A stretch of DNA of 47,504 bases, from IMG/VR virus record IMGVR_UViG_3300044983_000169, positions 1 to 47,504 of that record, one strand, 5' to 3'. The DNA comes from a virus (taxonomy: Duplodnaviria; Caudoviricetes). Below, in pieces: positions 1-8,460 of this stretch (positions within the stretch are counted from its first letter, which is position 1; each line of letters starts with the position of its first letter). The notes below the pieces were generated by a model. It was not told where the DNA came from. It saw only the letters and a program-made list of their open reading frames with translations, and did no database searches. The translations under genes were made by a program, and so were the position numbers.

Positions 1-129
1 GTCAGGAGCCTGTAAATGATCTTAAAAAACCGCAGGTCAGAGCCTTGATCACGTTGAAGATGGGCCATGGTCACCATGCATGCGATCTTGACCATCCTCC
101 CATTGTCACGGAGGGTGACCGGGCACTGA

Positions 130-651
130 TCACCATCTGCCGGTGACCACCCGCCTCGCGGACTCCCCCCGCTTCGCGTTGCCCTTACGTGCGCCAGCCC
201 GCAGGTTGCACGCGGCATGCGCCAGTCCGCGATAGCCGGTGCGGTCATCGTTGTGATCGAGCTGAAGGGCACGCGGGTCGCCATGCATGGGCTGACCGCA
301 TCGAGCACATAGATCACCATCATTGAACGCTGCGATGGCTGCGGCTCTGGCCTGCTGGTGCCGCCACCCGTAGCCGCGCTCGGTGGTGGTACGGCTGGGC
401 TTGCGTGCTGGGCGGTGTGCCGCGTGGCCACATGCCCGGCTGCAGTACTTGCGCCCTGGCCTGCCCTCGAACGTGGTGCCGCACCGCTGGCAGCTGATCG
501 CGATGCGGGTGGTCGGCCGGCCTGGCGAGGTGGGTATGCCGTGCTGCTTGCGGCAGCTCTGGCACATGCGCTGGCCTGCTGGTAGTGCGCCGGGTCCGCT
601 CCACAGCAGCTTGCCGCATGATGCACATGGGGTGTCAGGGCGCTTGGCCAT
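130..651 (-). CDS. HNH endonuclease with N-terminal Zn fingers (terminase-associated)
   Basis: CARCG...LDHNDD...GLAHAACN motif, extra CxxC pairs; last gene before the genome end as in cos phages. Confidence 0.85.
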   Translation of the reverse strand: MAKRPDTPCASCGKLLWSGPGALPAGQRMCQSCRKQHGIPTSPGRPTTRIAISCQRCGTTFEGRPGRKYCSRACGHAAHRPARKPSRTTTERGYGWRHQQARAAAIAAFNDGDLCARCGQPMHGDPRALQLDHNDDRTGYRGLAHAACNLRAGARKGNAKRGESARRVVTGRW

Positions 652-756
652 GGTCACCACCCCGAGAACGCGAGAAGCCCGGCACGATGGTCGGGCTCCA
701 GAGACAGCTATGTCCGTGTCTGATCAGCCTGACATGTCACTGACCTGCGACGCAAG

Positions 757-840
757 CTAGCCGCGCCCGCTGGCCAGGATGTCAAGGATCACAATGCTGA
801 TCGGCAGGGATACGAGCACGTAGACGAGGGCAATGATCAC
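757..840 (-). CDS. Possible 27-aa hydrophobic peptide
   Basis: GTG overlaps upstream stop (GTGA); MIIALVYVLVSLPISIVILDILASGRG. Confidence 0.35.
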   Translation of the reverse strand: MIIALVYVLVSLPISIVILDILASGRG

Positions 841-1127
841 AGCTCGATCCCGTTCTGCTCGGCCACCGCTTCGACCGTGCGGCATGGCCAACTCGGCCGC
901 TCTGCCTCGTATCCGTCGAAGTCGTCGCCTTGGCATTCGCCGCGTTCGTCTTCGCTGTGCAGGTCGAGGATGGCGCGTGCGAGCGGGTCGGTCAGTGCGG
1001 CGAGGCGCTGGCGTGCGGCGTCGAGTTTGGCCTTGCGCCGTTCGTCTTCGATGAGCACGTCCTGCACTGTCGGGCCGCTTGGCCGGATGGCCCGGCGGAT
1101 GAACTCCTGGCGGCCTTCGTCACTCAT
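837..1127 (-). CDS. Hypothetical phage protein
   Basis: GGAGG RBS before ATG; H...C...WPC.T pattern common in small actinophage proteins. Confidence 0.7.
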   Translation of the reverse strand: MSDEGRQEFIRRAIRPSGPTVQDVLIEDERRKAKLDAARQRLAALTDPLARAILDLHSEDERGECQGDDFDGYEAERPSWPCRTVEAVAEQNGIEL

Positions 1128-1262
1128 GGCCTCCACTCCTCACCAGGTCGCTCGTCGGTCAGCCATCTTCGTCTCGATCCATTCGCCCGGCTATCACCTT
1201 GGTGAGCTGCATACAGGCGAAGCCAACCCAGATGCCCATCGAGAATCCCCACCACCATTGCG

Positions 1263-2078
1263 TCATGCGCTCACCCTCTCACCAGCGAGCAGTTCGATGA
1301 CGTCCCCGACGCGATACAGCGGCCGCCCTCGCAGGTCCGTCCCGTGCGCCACGATCCGCCCGCGCTGCGCCCACTTCCATACCCGGTCCGGCGTGACCGG
1401 CTGACCCAGCGACGTCAGCGCCTGAGCGATGAGCGTCGCCCCGGCCAGCGTGTCCTCGGCCGCTTCCAGCAGATACCCGCGACGCTCCGCTACGTCGTAC
1501 TGGGAGCCGCAGGCCGGGCAGGTGACCATGGCCGCACCGGGCCGAGCGTAGATGTCCTCAGTGCAGACACATGGGCCCGCGTACCAGCGTTCGGCGTGCC
1601 GGTCGATGGCCCGCTCCGCCTGCCGCACCGCACTCGTGATCTCGTCGTGCGCCTCGTCAGCGGCCGGATGCCGGGTGAGGCGCTCGTGCCGCAGCCACAG
1701 CCAGCGCGCCATGGCCTGCAGGGTGTCGTCCGGCCACGGGCCGAGGCGGATGATGCCGCACGAGACGTGCTCGCACTGCGGGCAGAACGGGCCGAAGCTT
1801 CCCGAATCTCGCTCGGCCAGGACCTGGACCCAGCCCACCAGGGTGGAGCGCAGCACCCACGCGGCCTCGGAGGCGCGCTCGCCGTACGGCAACGGGATGA
1901 CGGTCGAGCCTCCGCCGACGGTGCGGCTGGCCTGCCGGGACAGGCTGACGCGGAGCTGCGCGGCGAGGAACGGGACATCATGCAGGGCGCGGACGAGCTG
2001 CCCGGCGCACGCCCCGCAAATCTGGGAGGTGCCGGGCATTGACCTATCGCAGCGTTCGATCGGGCACGGGATGCTCAA
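1263..2078 (-). CDS. Zn-finger/HTH protein, probable late-gene transcriptional regulator
   Basis: Several CxxC pairs, C-terminal HTH-like VWKWAQRGRI...PLYRVGDV; end of early operon; TTG start after GAAGGAG. Confidence 0.6.
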   Translation of the reverse strand: MSIPCPIERCDRSMPGTSQICGACAGQLVRALHDVPFLAAQLRVSLSRQASRTVGGGSTVIPLPYGERASEAAWVLRSTLVGWVQVLAERDSGSFGPFCPQCEHVSCGIIRLGPWPDDTLQAMARWLWLRHERLTRHPAADEAHDEITSAVRQAERAIDRHAERWYAGPCVCTEDIYARPGAAMVTCPACGSQYDVAERRGYLLEAAEDTLAGATLIAQALTSLGQPVTPDRVWKWAQRGRIVAHGTDLRGRPLYRVGDVIELLAGERVSA

Positions 2079-2137
2079 TGGTTCTCCTTCGCCCAGGCCA
2101 TGGTCATCTTTGCCTCGGTGTGCGCTTGATATGGGTG

Positions 2138-2174
2138 CCGGTGCCCCGCCGTGCTTGGGTCGGCGGGGCACCGG
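2138..2174 (-). terminator. GC-rich 14-bp hairpin after lipoprotein gene
   Basis: CCGGTGCCCCGCCG-N9-CGGCGGGGCACCGG a few nt after the stop at 2179. Confidence 0.6.
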
Positions 2175-2178
2175 GCTG

Positions 2179-2778
2179 TTACTTGATCTGGCCTGCGCTG
2201 GTGGAGGGCTTGGCGTCGCCGGACTGGACGATCAGCGGGGGCTGCCGCAGGTTCATCGGCGCGTCGCTGTAGGCCCACTGGCCGCACCACTCGTGCATGA
2301 CGCTGTTGGTGTCGAAGAAGAACACGCCGAGCGACGAGCACTCCTCCGGGCCGTAGGAGCCGTCGTCGCCCATCGACTCGGTGGTGGTGTTGCCGCCGCC
2401 GCCGGAACCCTGGTCGTAGTTGATGTTCTGCGGCGGGGTGAGCTGTGAGCTGGTCGAGGAGACCTTGCCCTTGATGGTGAAGTAGGCGAGGACCTGGCCG
2501 TTCTGGGTGAGCTCCGCCAGGTAGCCGATCTTGTTCGGGTTGTTGAATCTCAACAACCTCTCACGCAGGTTGGCGCGTTCGTCGGAGTCGTTCATGAGGC
2601 TCAGCGGGTACGGCTGGGCGTTGGTGAGCTTGCGGGAGTAGCTCTCGGTGGTCTTTTGCCCGGCAGACTGGGAGTCGCTGGTCTTCCCGTCGTCGCAGGC
2701 GGCGAGGGTGCCGATGAGGAGGGCGGCGACGGCCGCGATGGTGACGGTCTTGCGGTCGATGCGGATGGTGAATTCCAT
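2179..2778 (-). CDS. Lipoprotein
   Basis: Basic N-terminus, hydrophobic stretch, lipobox LAAC. Confidence 0.8.
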   Translation of the reverse strand: MEFTIRIDRKTVTIAAVAALLIGTLAACDDGKTSDSQSAGQKTTESYSRKLTNAQPYPLSLMNDSDERANLRERLLRFNNPNKIGYLAELTQNGQVLAYFTIKGKVSSTSSQLTPPQNINYDQGSGGGGNTTTESMGDDGSYGPEECSSLGVFFFDTNSVMHEWCGQWAYSDAPMNLRQPPLIVQSGDAKPSTSAGQIK

Positions 2779-2781
2779 GGG

Positions 2782-3291
2782 TTACTCCTTGCAGGCGTTG
2801 GGGTCGAGGGCGTCAGGCAGTCCGGCGGCCTTGAACTGGGCGCCGACCAGGGTCTTCTGCGAGTCGTTGTTGTAGGCGTTGGCGGAGTTGACGCACTGCT
2901 GCTGGGCGCCGGTCAGGTTCGTTTCGTCCTGGGCGCGGAGTGCGGCGAGCTGCCCGGCCGGGTCGGCGGTGCCGGGCGGGTTGTCCTTGTTGAACTGGTC
3001 GAGCTGCTTGCGTGCCAGCTGGACGGCTGTGACCTGGGTGTCGTAGGCGGTTTTCAGGTCGAAGAAGTGGTGGTACCACTGCGTCCGGTTGAGGGAGCTG
3101 TTGACCTGTTTGATCTGCTCGCCGCGGCCGTGGACGCCGGAGGTGGCGACGCCGAGGCCCCAGATCGCCCAGCCGGCCGCGACGAGGAGGGCGATTCCGG
3201 CAAGCGCGGAGCAGCCCCAGGCGAAGGGCCGGAAGTGGTAGCCGGTGTCGTTGTGGAAGTCGGCGCTGAGTTTGCCGCGGTTCGTTTTCAT
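2782..3291 (-). CDS. Single-TM membrane protein with helical ectodomain
   Basis: TM segment AWGCSALAGIALLVAAGWAIWGLGV; AGGAG RBS; 3 nt from the lipoprotein gene. Confidence 0.8.
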   Translation of the reverse strand: MKTNRGKLSADFHNDTGYHFRPFAWGCSALAGIALLVAAGWAIWGLGVATSGVHGRGEQIKQVNSSLNRTQWYHHFFDLKTAYDTQVTAVQLARKQLDQFNKDNPPGTADPAGQLAALRAQDETNLTGAQQQCVNSANAYNNDSQKTLVGAQFKAAGLPDALDPNACKE

Positions 3292-3333
3292 GTGGCTCCT
3301 TTGGGGTTGATGGGGCTTAGACGCAGTGGGGTG

Positions 3334-3537
3334 TCACTTCCAGCTCCACCATTCGATGAGCGCCCGCCCTTCGGTGAGCACCACCAGCGCGATGCCGATC
3401 CACACGGCGGTGGTGATGGCCCACGCGGTCCAGCGGAGGTCGCGGCAGAGCCGTTCGAACGGGTGGTCTTGGCGGATCTCGCGGTGTGGCGGCAGGCTGG
3501 CGTTGATGAGCCGTTCGAATTCGCCGAGGTCATCCAT
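3334..3537 (-). CDS. Small membrane protein
   Basis: Hydrophobic segment; overlaps upstream stop. Confidence 0.6.
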   Translation of the reverse strand: MDDLGEFERLINASLPPHREIRQDHPFERLCRDLRWTAWAITTAVWIGIALVVLTEGRALIEWWSWK

Positions 3538-3847
3538 GGTCGGCTCCGTCCTGGTCGTCGCCTCGGTATCTGGCGAGCGCTTCCTTGACCTGGTCTTCGC
3601 CGTAGTCGGCGGAGTCCCACCATTCGACGGCGTGCCAGACGTCTTTGAGCGCTTCGCCTCGGACGCGGACCTGGATCTCGAACCGCTGGATCATGGCGAG
3701 GATCCGTTCGGTTTCGAGAGCGGCGTCCTTGGCGTACGGGAGGCCCGAGAGCCGCTCGGACATGGCTTCGAGGTCGCCGCGCCGTTTGATGAGTTCGTCC
3801 AGGTCATCGGCCCAGACGTACAGGTAGTTGTACGATCCGCCGCTCAC
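3530..3847 (-). CDS. Hypothetical protein (MSGGSYNYL N-terminus)
   Basis: GTG start after GAGGAG, coupled to neighbours. Confidence 0.75.
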   Translation of the reverse strand: MSGGSYNYLYVWADDLDELIKRRGDLEAMSERLSGLPYAKDAALETERILAMIQRFEIQVRVRGEALKDVWHAVEWWDSADYGEDQVKEALARYRGDDQDGADHG

Positions 3848-4053
3848 CGTTGCTCCTCGTTTCCTTCCGTTTCCGTCTGCTGCCGGTCGAGCCGCTCGTT
3901 CACGGCGTCGCAGATGAGCGCGGCCATCTCGGGTGTGTCGACCATGCCGACGAGTCGTCCTTTGCCGTCGCCGGTGTGGGCGTAGAGGGTGCGCAGGACT
4001 TGGGTGCCGTAGCGGAGGCGTTCGCCGGGCAGGAGGGCGAGGTCCGGGTTCAC
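3844..4053 (-). CDS. Hypothetical protein
   Basis: GTGA overlaps at both ends. Confidence 0.7.
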   Translation of the reverse strand: MNPDLALLPGERLRYGTQVLRTLYAHTGDGKGRLVGMVDTPEMAALICDAVNERLDRQQTETEGNEEQR

Positions 4054-4289
4054 TGGCCACCTCGGGCGATCGCTGCGGCCCGTGCACCGTTGACGCTGAT
4101 GTCATCGTTGGGCCACTCGGGGTCGATGCACTCGGCCTCGATCTCCTCGGCGACCTTGGCCCGCACCATGGCCTCATGGGCGGGCAGGACGGCGGCGAGA
4201 GCTTCGCGGGCTTCCTCGTGGCCGTCGCAGATGCTGAGCGCGTCGTACAGAAGCTCCACAAGCTCCTCAGGCACGTTCTGAGCGTCCAT
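4050..4289 (-). CDS. Hypothetical protein
   Basis: ATG after AGGGAG; start could be further upstream (4415). Confidence 0.65.
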   Translation of the reverse strand: MDAQNVPEELVELLYDALSICDGHEEAREALAAVLPAHEAMVRAKVAEEIEAECIDPEWPNDDISVNGARAAAIARGGQ

Positions 4290-4411
4290 GTCTGCTCTCC
4301 CTTGGTCGGATGCCGGTTCGGTACTCCTGGGGCCGCTGGGGGCTTCTGAGGGCCGTGTGGCGGGTGCTGCGCCTGGTCGCCATGTGGCGGTCGAGTCGGG
4401 GCCGATGCCGG

Positions 4412-4735
4412 TCACCAGCTCACCCACAGCGAGGCCTTCGGGTGCTTGGCGCACGCTTCGGCTATCTCAGCGAGAAACTCCAGCGCGGTGCCGTAGTCGC
4501 CCCAGCCGTTGGCCGGATTCATGGCCCGGTACGTCTCGGGGTCCTCGCGCATCCGCTTGACCGCTTCGGCGAGCGGCCCGGCAGCCTCGGAGCACGGGGC
4601 CTTGTGGAACGTGCGGAGGTCGGCTCCGGCGTGCCGCCACATGGCCGCGCAGTTGCTGGTGTAGTTCCAGTCCGGGCCGAAGCAGACCGGCTCGTCGGCT
4701 CCGGTGTCGACCTGGAGGCACACGTCGTAGCTCAC
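4412..4735 (-). CDS. Hypothetical phage protein
   Basis: NYTSN...MNPANGWGDY motif seen in phage proteins; coupled start. Confidence 0.75.
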   Translation of the reverse strand: MSYDVCLQVDTGADEPVCFGPDWNYTSNCAAMWRHAGADLRTFHKAPCSEAAGPLAEAVKRMREDPETYRAMNPANGWGDYGTALEFLAEIAEACAKHPKASLWVSW

Positions 4736-5130
4736 GTCCCGCTCGCTTCCTCGACCTGGTCGAGGGCGGCGCGGATCTTGGTGAATGTGAAGCGGAACGC
4801 AGAGCCGACCGCTGGGTTGCCGGATTCGAGGGCGGTGATCTGCCCGTCGAAGTAGTCGAGGACTTCCCGCACCCGTGCGACCGAAGCGGCGGCCTGCTCG
4901 GCGCGGTCGCGCCAGGCATCCGCGACGGCGTGACCGACCTCGGACTTGTCGTTGACCTCGGCCTCCAGCTCGGCGATGCGCGCGTCCTTGGCGTCGAGGT
5001 CGGCCTGGAAGAACTCCTCAAGGCCCGCAGCGGTCAGCTCGGCGCACTCTGGGTCGTCCTGGAAGTGCCCGCAGGCCCACTTCAGCCGCTCAGAGAGCCG
5101 TTCGCGCAGGCCGGGCTCCTGGCCGCTCAC
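4732..5130 (-). CDS. Hypothetical coiled-coil protein
   Basis: GTGA overlaps; KDARIAELEAE heptads. Confidence 0.7.
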   Translation of the reverse strand: MSGQEPGLRERLSERLKWACGHFQDDPECAELTAAGLEEFFQADLDAKDARIAELEAEVNDKSEVGHAVADAWRDRAEQAAASVARVREVLDYFDGQITALESGNPAVGSAFRFTFTKIRAALDQVEEASGT

Positions 5131-5495
5131 CGCTCACCTCGGGCGATCTGCGCGGCCGTCGGCAGGCAGCAGTCCGGGCAGCTCGGGTCCTTGGCGTGGG
5201 CGGCCTCGATCTCCTCGGCGACCATCGTGCGGACGACCACCTCCAGCGCCTTCGCCTCCTCGGGCGACTTCCAACCGAGCTTTTCGAGTGCCTTCTGCGT
5301 CTGCGCTGGGACCGTGATGCGCGGATTGTCCAGCTCGATCGGCGTCACCTCGACGTGCAGGTCGGCGATGACGCGCGGGGACTGGTTCGGCTGAAACCCG
5401 ATGGTCAGGCCGCTGATCGCGTCGCCGATCTCGACGCCATCGACTGCTACGTCAGCAGTGATTGAGCTGGTCGGGGTGATGGTCAGCTTGGTCAC
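5127..5495 (-). CDS. Hypothetical protein
   Basis: GTG start after AAGGAG, overlapping upstream stop. Confidence 0.7.
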   Translation of the reverse strand: MTKLTITPTSSITADVAVDGVEIGDAISGLTIGFQPNQSPRVIADLHVEVTPIELDNPRITVPAQTQKALEKLGWKSPEEAKALEVVVRTMVAEEIEAAHAKDPSCPDCCLPTAAQIARGER

Positions 5496-5746
5496 GTTCG
5501 TGCTCCTTGTGGGTGGGTTTGCCGCCACGAGCGGACGGCGGTGGCAACGTCGCGGATCTCCTCGCCGCGGGCGATCACCTGGGCGACGGTGGTGACCACC
5601 AGTCCCCACGGCATCCCGATCGCCATCGCGCCGGCGAGGATCTGCTGGAGCCGGTCCGGGTCTAGGCCGGAGCCTGATTCGACGGCGAGGGTGATGAGGG
5701 CCTGCGGGGCGGGGGTCAGGGCGGGGGCTTGCTTCGCGGCGGTCAT
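5492..5746 (-). CDS. Hypothetical protein
   Basis: ATGA coupling, GAGG RBS. Confidence 0.7.
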   Translation of the reverse strand: MTAAKQAPALTPAPQALITLAVESGSGLDPDRLQQILAGAMAIGMPWGLVVTTVAQVIARGEEIRDVATAVRSWRQTHPQGART

Positions 5747-5976
5747 GGCCGCACCTCAGGTTCGGCGCCGAAGCGGCCGATGGCGATGGCGAGCAGGTCG
5801 GCGACGACGTCGTGGTCGGACTCGCGCAGGAAGCAGGCGAGGCCGCCGAGTTCGGTTCCGACGTCGCAGGCAGGGCTTTCGCGGGCGTCGCGCCAGTTGT
5901 TGACGAGGGTGTCGAGGGTCTCGGTGGCGGAGGCGCGCCACTGGTCGAGGGCGGCGGTGTCGGCGGGGTTGGTCAT
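5743..5976 (-). CDS. Hypothetical protein
   Basis: ATGA coupling, GGAG RBS. Confidence 0.7.
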   Translation of the reverse strand: MTNPADTAALDQWRASATETLDTLVNNWRDARESPACDVGTELGGLACFLRESDHDVVADLLAIAIGRFGAEPEVRP

Positions 5977-6392
5977 CGGAGTGCTCCGTATCGGGCGGTG
6001 AGGACCCGGACCCGCTCAGCGCGCCGCCAGTCGTGGCCGAGCGCCTTGATCTCGCGAATGATGCGGGCGGCCGGGTTGGCCTGCTCGTGGCGGCACAGCG
6101 GGCACTGGCCGAGGATCCCGCCGTGCGCTTGGCAGGTGGGCGGGGCGTCGGCCTGCTGCACGACGGCTTGCACGGCGGCGTGATTGTGGCGGGCCTGGAT
6201 GCTGGCGGGTCGGGTCGGCGGGATGTAGCCGGGGGCGGCTTCGGCCTTGGTGAGCTTGAGCGCGGCCAGGAGCTGCTCGGGGGTCATGGTCTGCCGGCAG
6301 TCGGGGCCGGTGCGGTAGCGGAGGCTGACCGGGTCGGTCAGGTCCCGGCCGCATTCACGGCAGGTGCGGGACTGGTTCCGGGTGAGGGTCAT
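5973..6392 (-). CDS. DUF6011-like Zn-binding protein
   Basis: CRECGRDLTDPVS....GPDC signature. Confidence 0.7.
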   Translation of the reverse strand: MTLTRNQSRTCRECGRDLTDPVSLRYRTGPDCRQTMTPEQLLAALKLTKAEAAPGYIPPTRPASIQARHNHAAVQAVVQQADAPPTCQAHGGILGQCPLCRHEQANPAARIIREIKALGHDWRRAERVRVLTARYGALR

Positions 6393-7276
6393 GGGTTGGC
6401 CACAGGTGTGTCGATGTCGCCGCGCTCTCGCGCAAGGTCCACGAGGCGCGTTATGTCAGAACCGAGCTGGCTCCAGTCGAATGCGGGGAGCTCAAGGACG
6501 GTCCGCAGGTAGGCGGTACCTCCGCAGCGCTCCAGCTCGCCGCGGCGATTGAGCTCTGCGGCCAGGGTGACCGCATCGGTCGGGTCGCCCTGTTCGGCGA
6601 GGTCGTCCATGGCCTGGAACATCATCTGATGCGCCGGCCCGTGAAACATGCGGCCGGATCGGTTGGGCCCGAAGAGCAAGGCTGGAGTGCTTGCCGACAG
6701 CAGAAAGGCGACCAGGACGCGCCTTTCAACCTCAAGGTCATGGGCTGGAGCAGGGAGCTCCGGCGCGGCCGGCTGAGTGACTGTCTTCGGCTTCCAGTAC
6801 TCGCCGAACCAGGGCCCATTGCACGCCGGGAGCTCGATCTCAAGGGCGATGGTCTCGGAGCGGACGGTCCAGATCACCGTCTGCCCCATTTCGTCGAGAA
6901 CGAGCATTGAGCGGTAGTGGTCACCGTCTGGCCAGACTGCGACGAGCTTCGCTTGCGGCTCGGACGCTTTGATGATCCGTCGCTGTGCCAGCAGGGTCGC
7001 TAGATCTGGCTGGCGGGGTTTGATCTCCACGAAGACCCGGCGAGGATTCCCAGCGAAGGAGATCTCAGGGAGTTCGAAGTCCGGGAGGTACTGGCCCTCC
7101 TCGGCGGCGTATGCCCTCGGCTCGTAGTTCCACTCAACGCTGAACTCGTCGAGCCAAGCGGCGAATCCGGCTTCCAGACGGGACCTCATCTTGATGCCCT
7201 TATAGGTCGTCGGCCGAGCTTTGAACTGAGTCACAATTCCCGCCTTTCCACAGTTCTCGCGTCCGCGCTTTCGCAT
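6389..7276 (-). CDS. PD-(D/E)XK nuclease fused to DnaB helicase N-terminal-like domain
   Basis: RSRLEA...WNYEP...YLPDF...FVEIKP, then PAHDLEVERRVL...AHQMMF...DAVTLAAEL...GGTAYL; GAGGAGG RBS. Confidence 0.7.
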   Translation of the reverse strand: MRKRGRENCGKAGIVTQFKARPTTYKGIKMRSRLEAGFAAWLDEFSVEWNYEPRAYAAEEGQYLPDFELPEISFAGNPRRVFVEIKPRQPDLATLLAQRRIIKASEPQAKLVAVWPDGDHYRSMLVLDEMGQTVIWTVRSETIALEIELPACNGPWFGEYWKPKTVTQPAAPELPAPAHDLEVERRVLVAFLLSASTPALLFGPNRSGRMFHGPAHQMMFQAMDDLAEQGDPTDAVTLAAELNRRGELERCGGTAYLRTVLELPAFDWSQLGSDITRLVDLARERGDIDTPVANP

Positions 7277-7304
7277 TTCCTCCTCAGCCAGTGATGACCG
7301 ATGA

Positions 7305-7535
7305 GAAGGTTGGTGCTTTTGATCTTTAACGTGCTTTTGTAGTTATGTGCTTGTAAAGCTTTGTTCTAAGAGCTACCCCCCCTTACCCCCCCAAGATCAG
7401 CTTGGATGGGGGTGGTTCCCACGTACCCCTTCCGGGTTTGGGGGCGGTGCTGACGTACCCCTTTGGGCTATGGGGTACGTCGCCATGTACCCCTAGGCGG
7501 CCTTGCTAAGAATGGTTATCCACAGCCGTCCACAA
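7305..7535. other. Putative replication origin (AT-rich repeats, iterons, DnaA box)
   Basis: AYGTACCCCT at 7421, 7453, 7485 and inverted at 7472; AT-rich GTGCTTTTG repeats 7311-7370; exact TTATCCACA at 7516-7524. Confidence 0.65.
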
Positions 7536-7893
7536 CCCTCGGAAGCCATGCGATCGTCGGCAGCACAGGGAACCTGAATTGCATCGGCTCGCTCCTGGTC
7601 GCATAAATAGGGTTGCCATTCTTGTCCTTTCTCAGGACGACCTTCACGTCCAATCCACGAGCCGTCAGCCGCCCTAGGACTTCCTTCAGGCCGCGATTGT
7701 CTAGCTTCGCTATCTGACAGATCCGCTCGCGCAATTCGCAGTCGTCGCCGTGGAACTTGCGCATCGTCCGCTCGCGCTCGTCCAGCACACGGTCGGCGAT
7801 CGCGAACAGCACGGCGAACTCGGCCAGCGTCAGCTCCTGGCCGGGAGGCGTACGGCGCCACTCGATGAGGTCGCCGATCAGTCGGGCACTCAT
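7516..7893 (-). CDS. Putative replication initiator (wHTH-like, 125 aa)
   Basis: LTLAEFAVLFAIAD pattern like phage initiator N-termini; GGAGG RBS; directly upstream of iterons. Confidence 0.55.
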   Translation of the reverse strand: MSARLIGDLIEWRRTPPGQELTLAEFAVLFAIADRVLDERERTMRKFHGDDCELRERICQIAKLDNRGLKEVLGRLTARGLDVKVVLRKDKNGNPIYATRSEPMQFRFPVLPTIAWLPRVVDGCG

Positions 7894-7930
7894 GCACCTC
7901 CTCCAGAGGTCGCGTAGAAAAGAGGTCATC

Positions 7931-8236
7931 TCACGCCGCTCCCTGCCGTAGCCGCTCGTACTTGTAGGCGGTGGTGCGGTGGACTCCTGCGGCCCGGCCG
8001 GCGTCGTCGATGGTGAACCCGTGCTCGCGGAAGTGGGTGTACTCGGCGAGCCGGGCCCGTGCCGCTTCGGGTCGAGGCAGCGGCCCGCACTCTTCGAGCA
8101 GCGCGGTGGCCAGCACGCCGATCAGCTCTTGGAGGAGCTGGGTGGTGCTGCCGGTCTTCTCGCCGGAGTCGGGCCGATACCGCTCAGATTCCAGCGACTC
8201 AACGGCGGAGCGCAAAGCTCCCTGTGGATAACTCAT
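7931..8236 (-). CDS. HTH DNA-binding protein
   Basis: C-terminal GFTIDDAGRAAGVHRTTAYKY. Confidence 0.65.
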   Translation of the reverse strand: MSYPQGALRSAVESLESERYRPDSGEKTGSTTQLLQELIGVLATALLEECGPLPRPEAARARLAEYTHFREHGFTIDDAGRAAGVHRTTAYKYERLRQGAA

Positions 8237-8460
8237 GACGGCCACACGCCCAGCGTCAGGTGGATGACCAGCCATCCCAGGAAGCCGTACAGGACCGCCC
8301 GCAGGACCCAGGTAACCCGTGTCGGCCGCTGGTCCTTCACGCGGAACCAGGCCCACACGTGCTCGCTCAGCGTCGTCCCGGGCTGGCGGGACAGCAGCGC
8401 CGCGCCCTCGATGAGCGCGAACGCGGCGCCCCACAGAAGCCAGAGGACGGTCCAGATCAC
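8233..8460 (-). CDS. Two-TM membrane protein
   Basis: Two hydrophobic segments around TLSEHVW; GGAGG RBS. Confidence 0.75.
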   Translation of the reverse strand: MIWTVLWLLWGAAFALIEGAALLSRQPGTTLSEHVWAWFRVKDQRPTRVTWVLRAVLYGFLGWLVIHLTLGVWPS

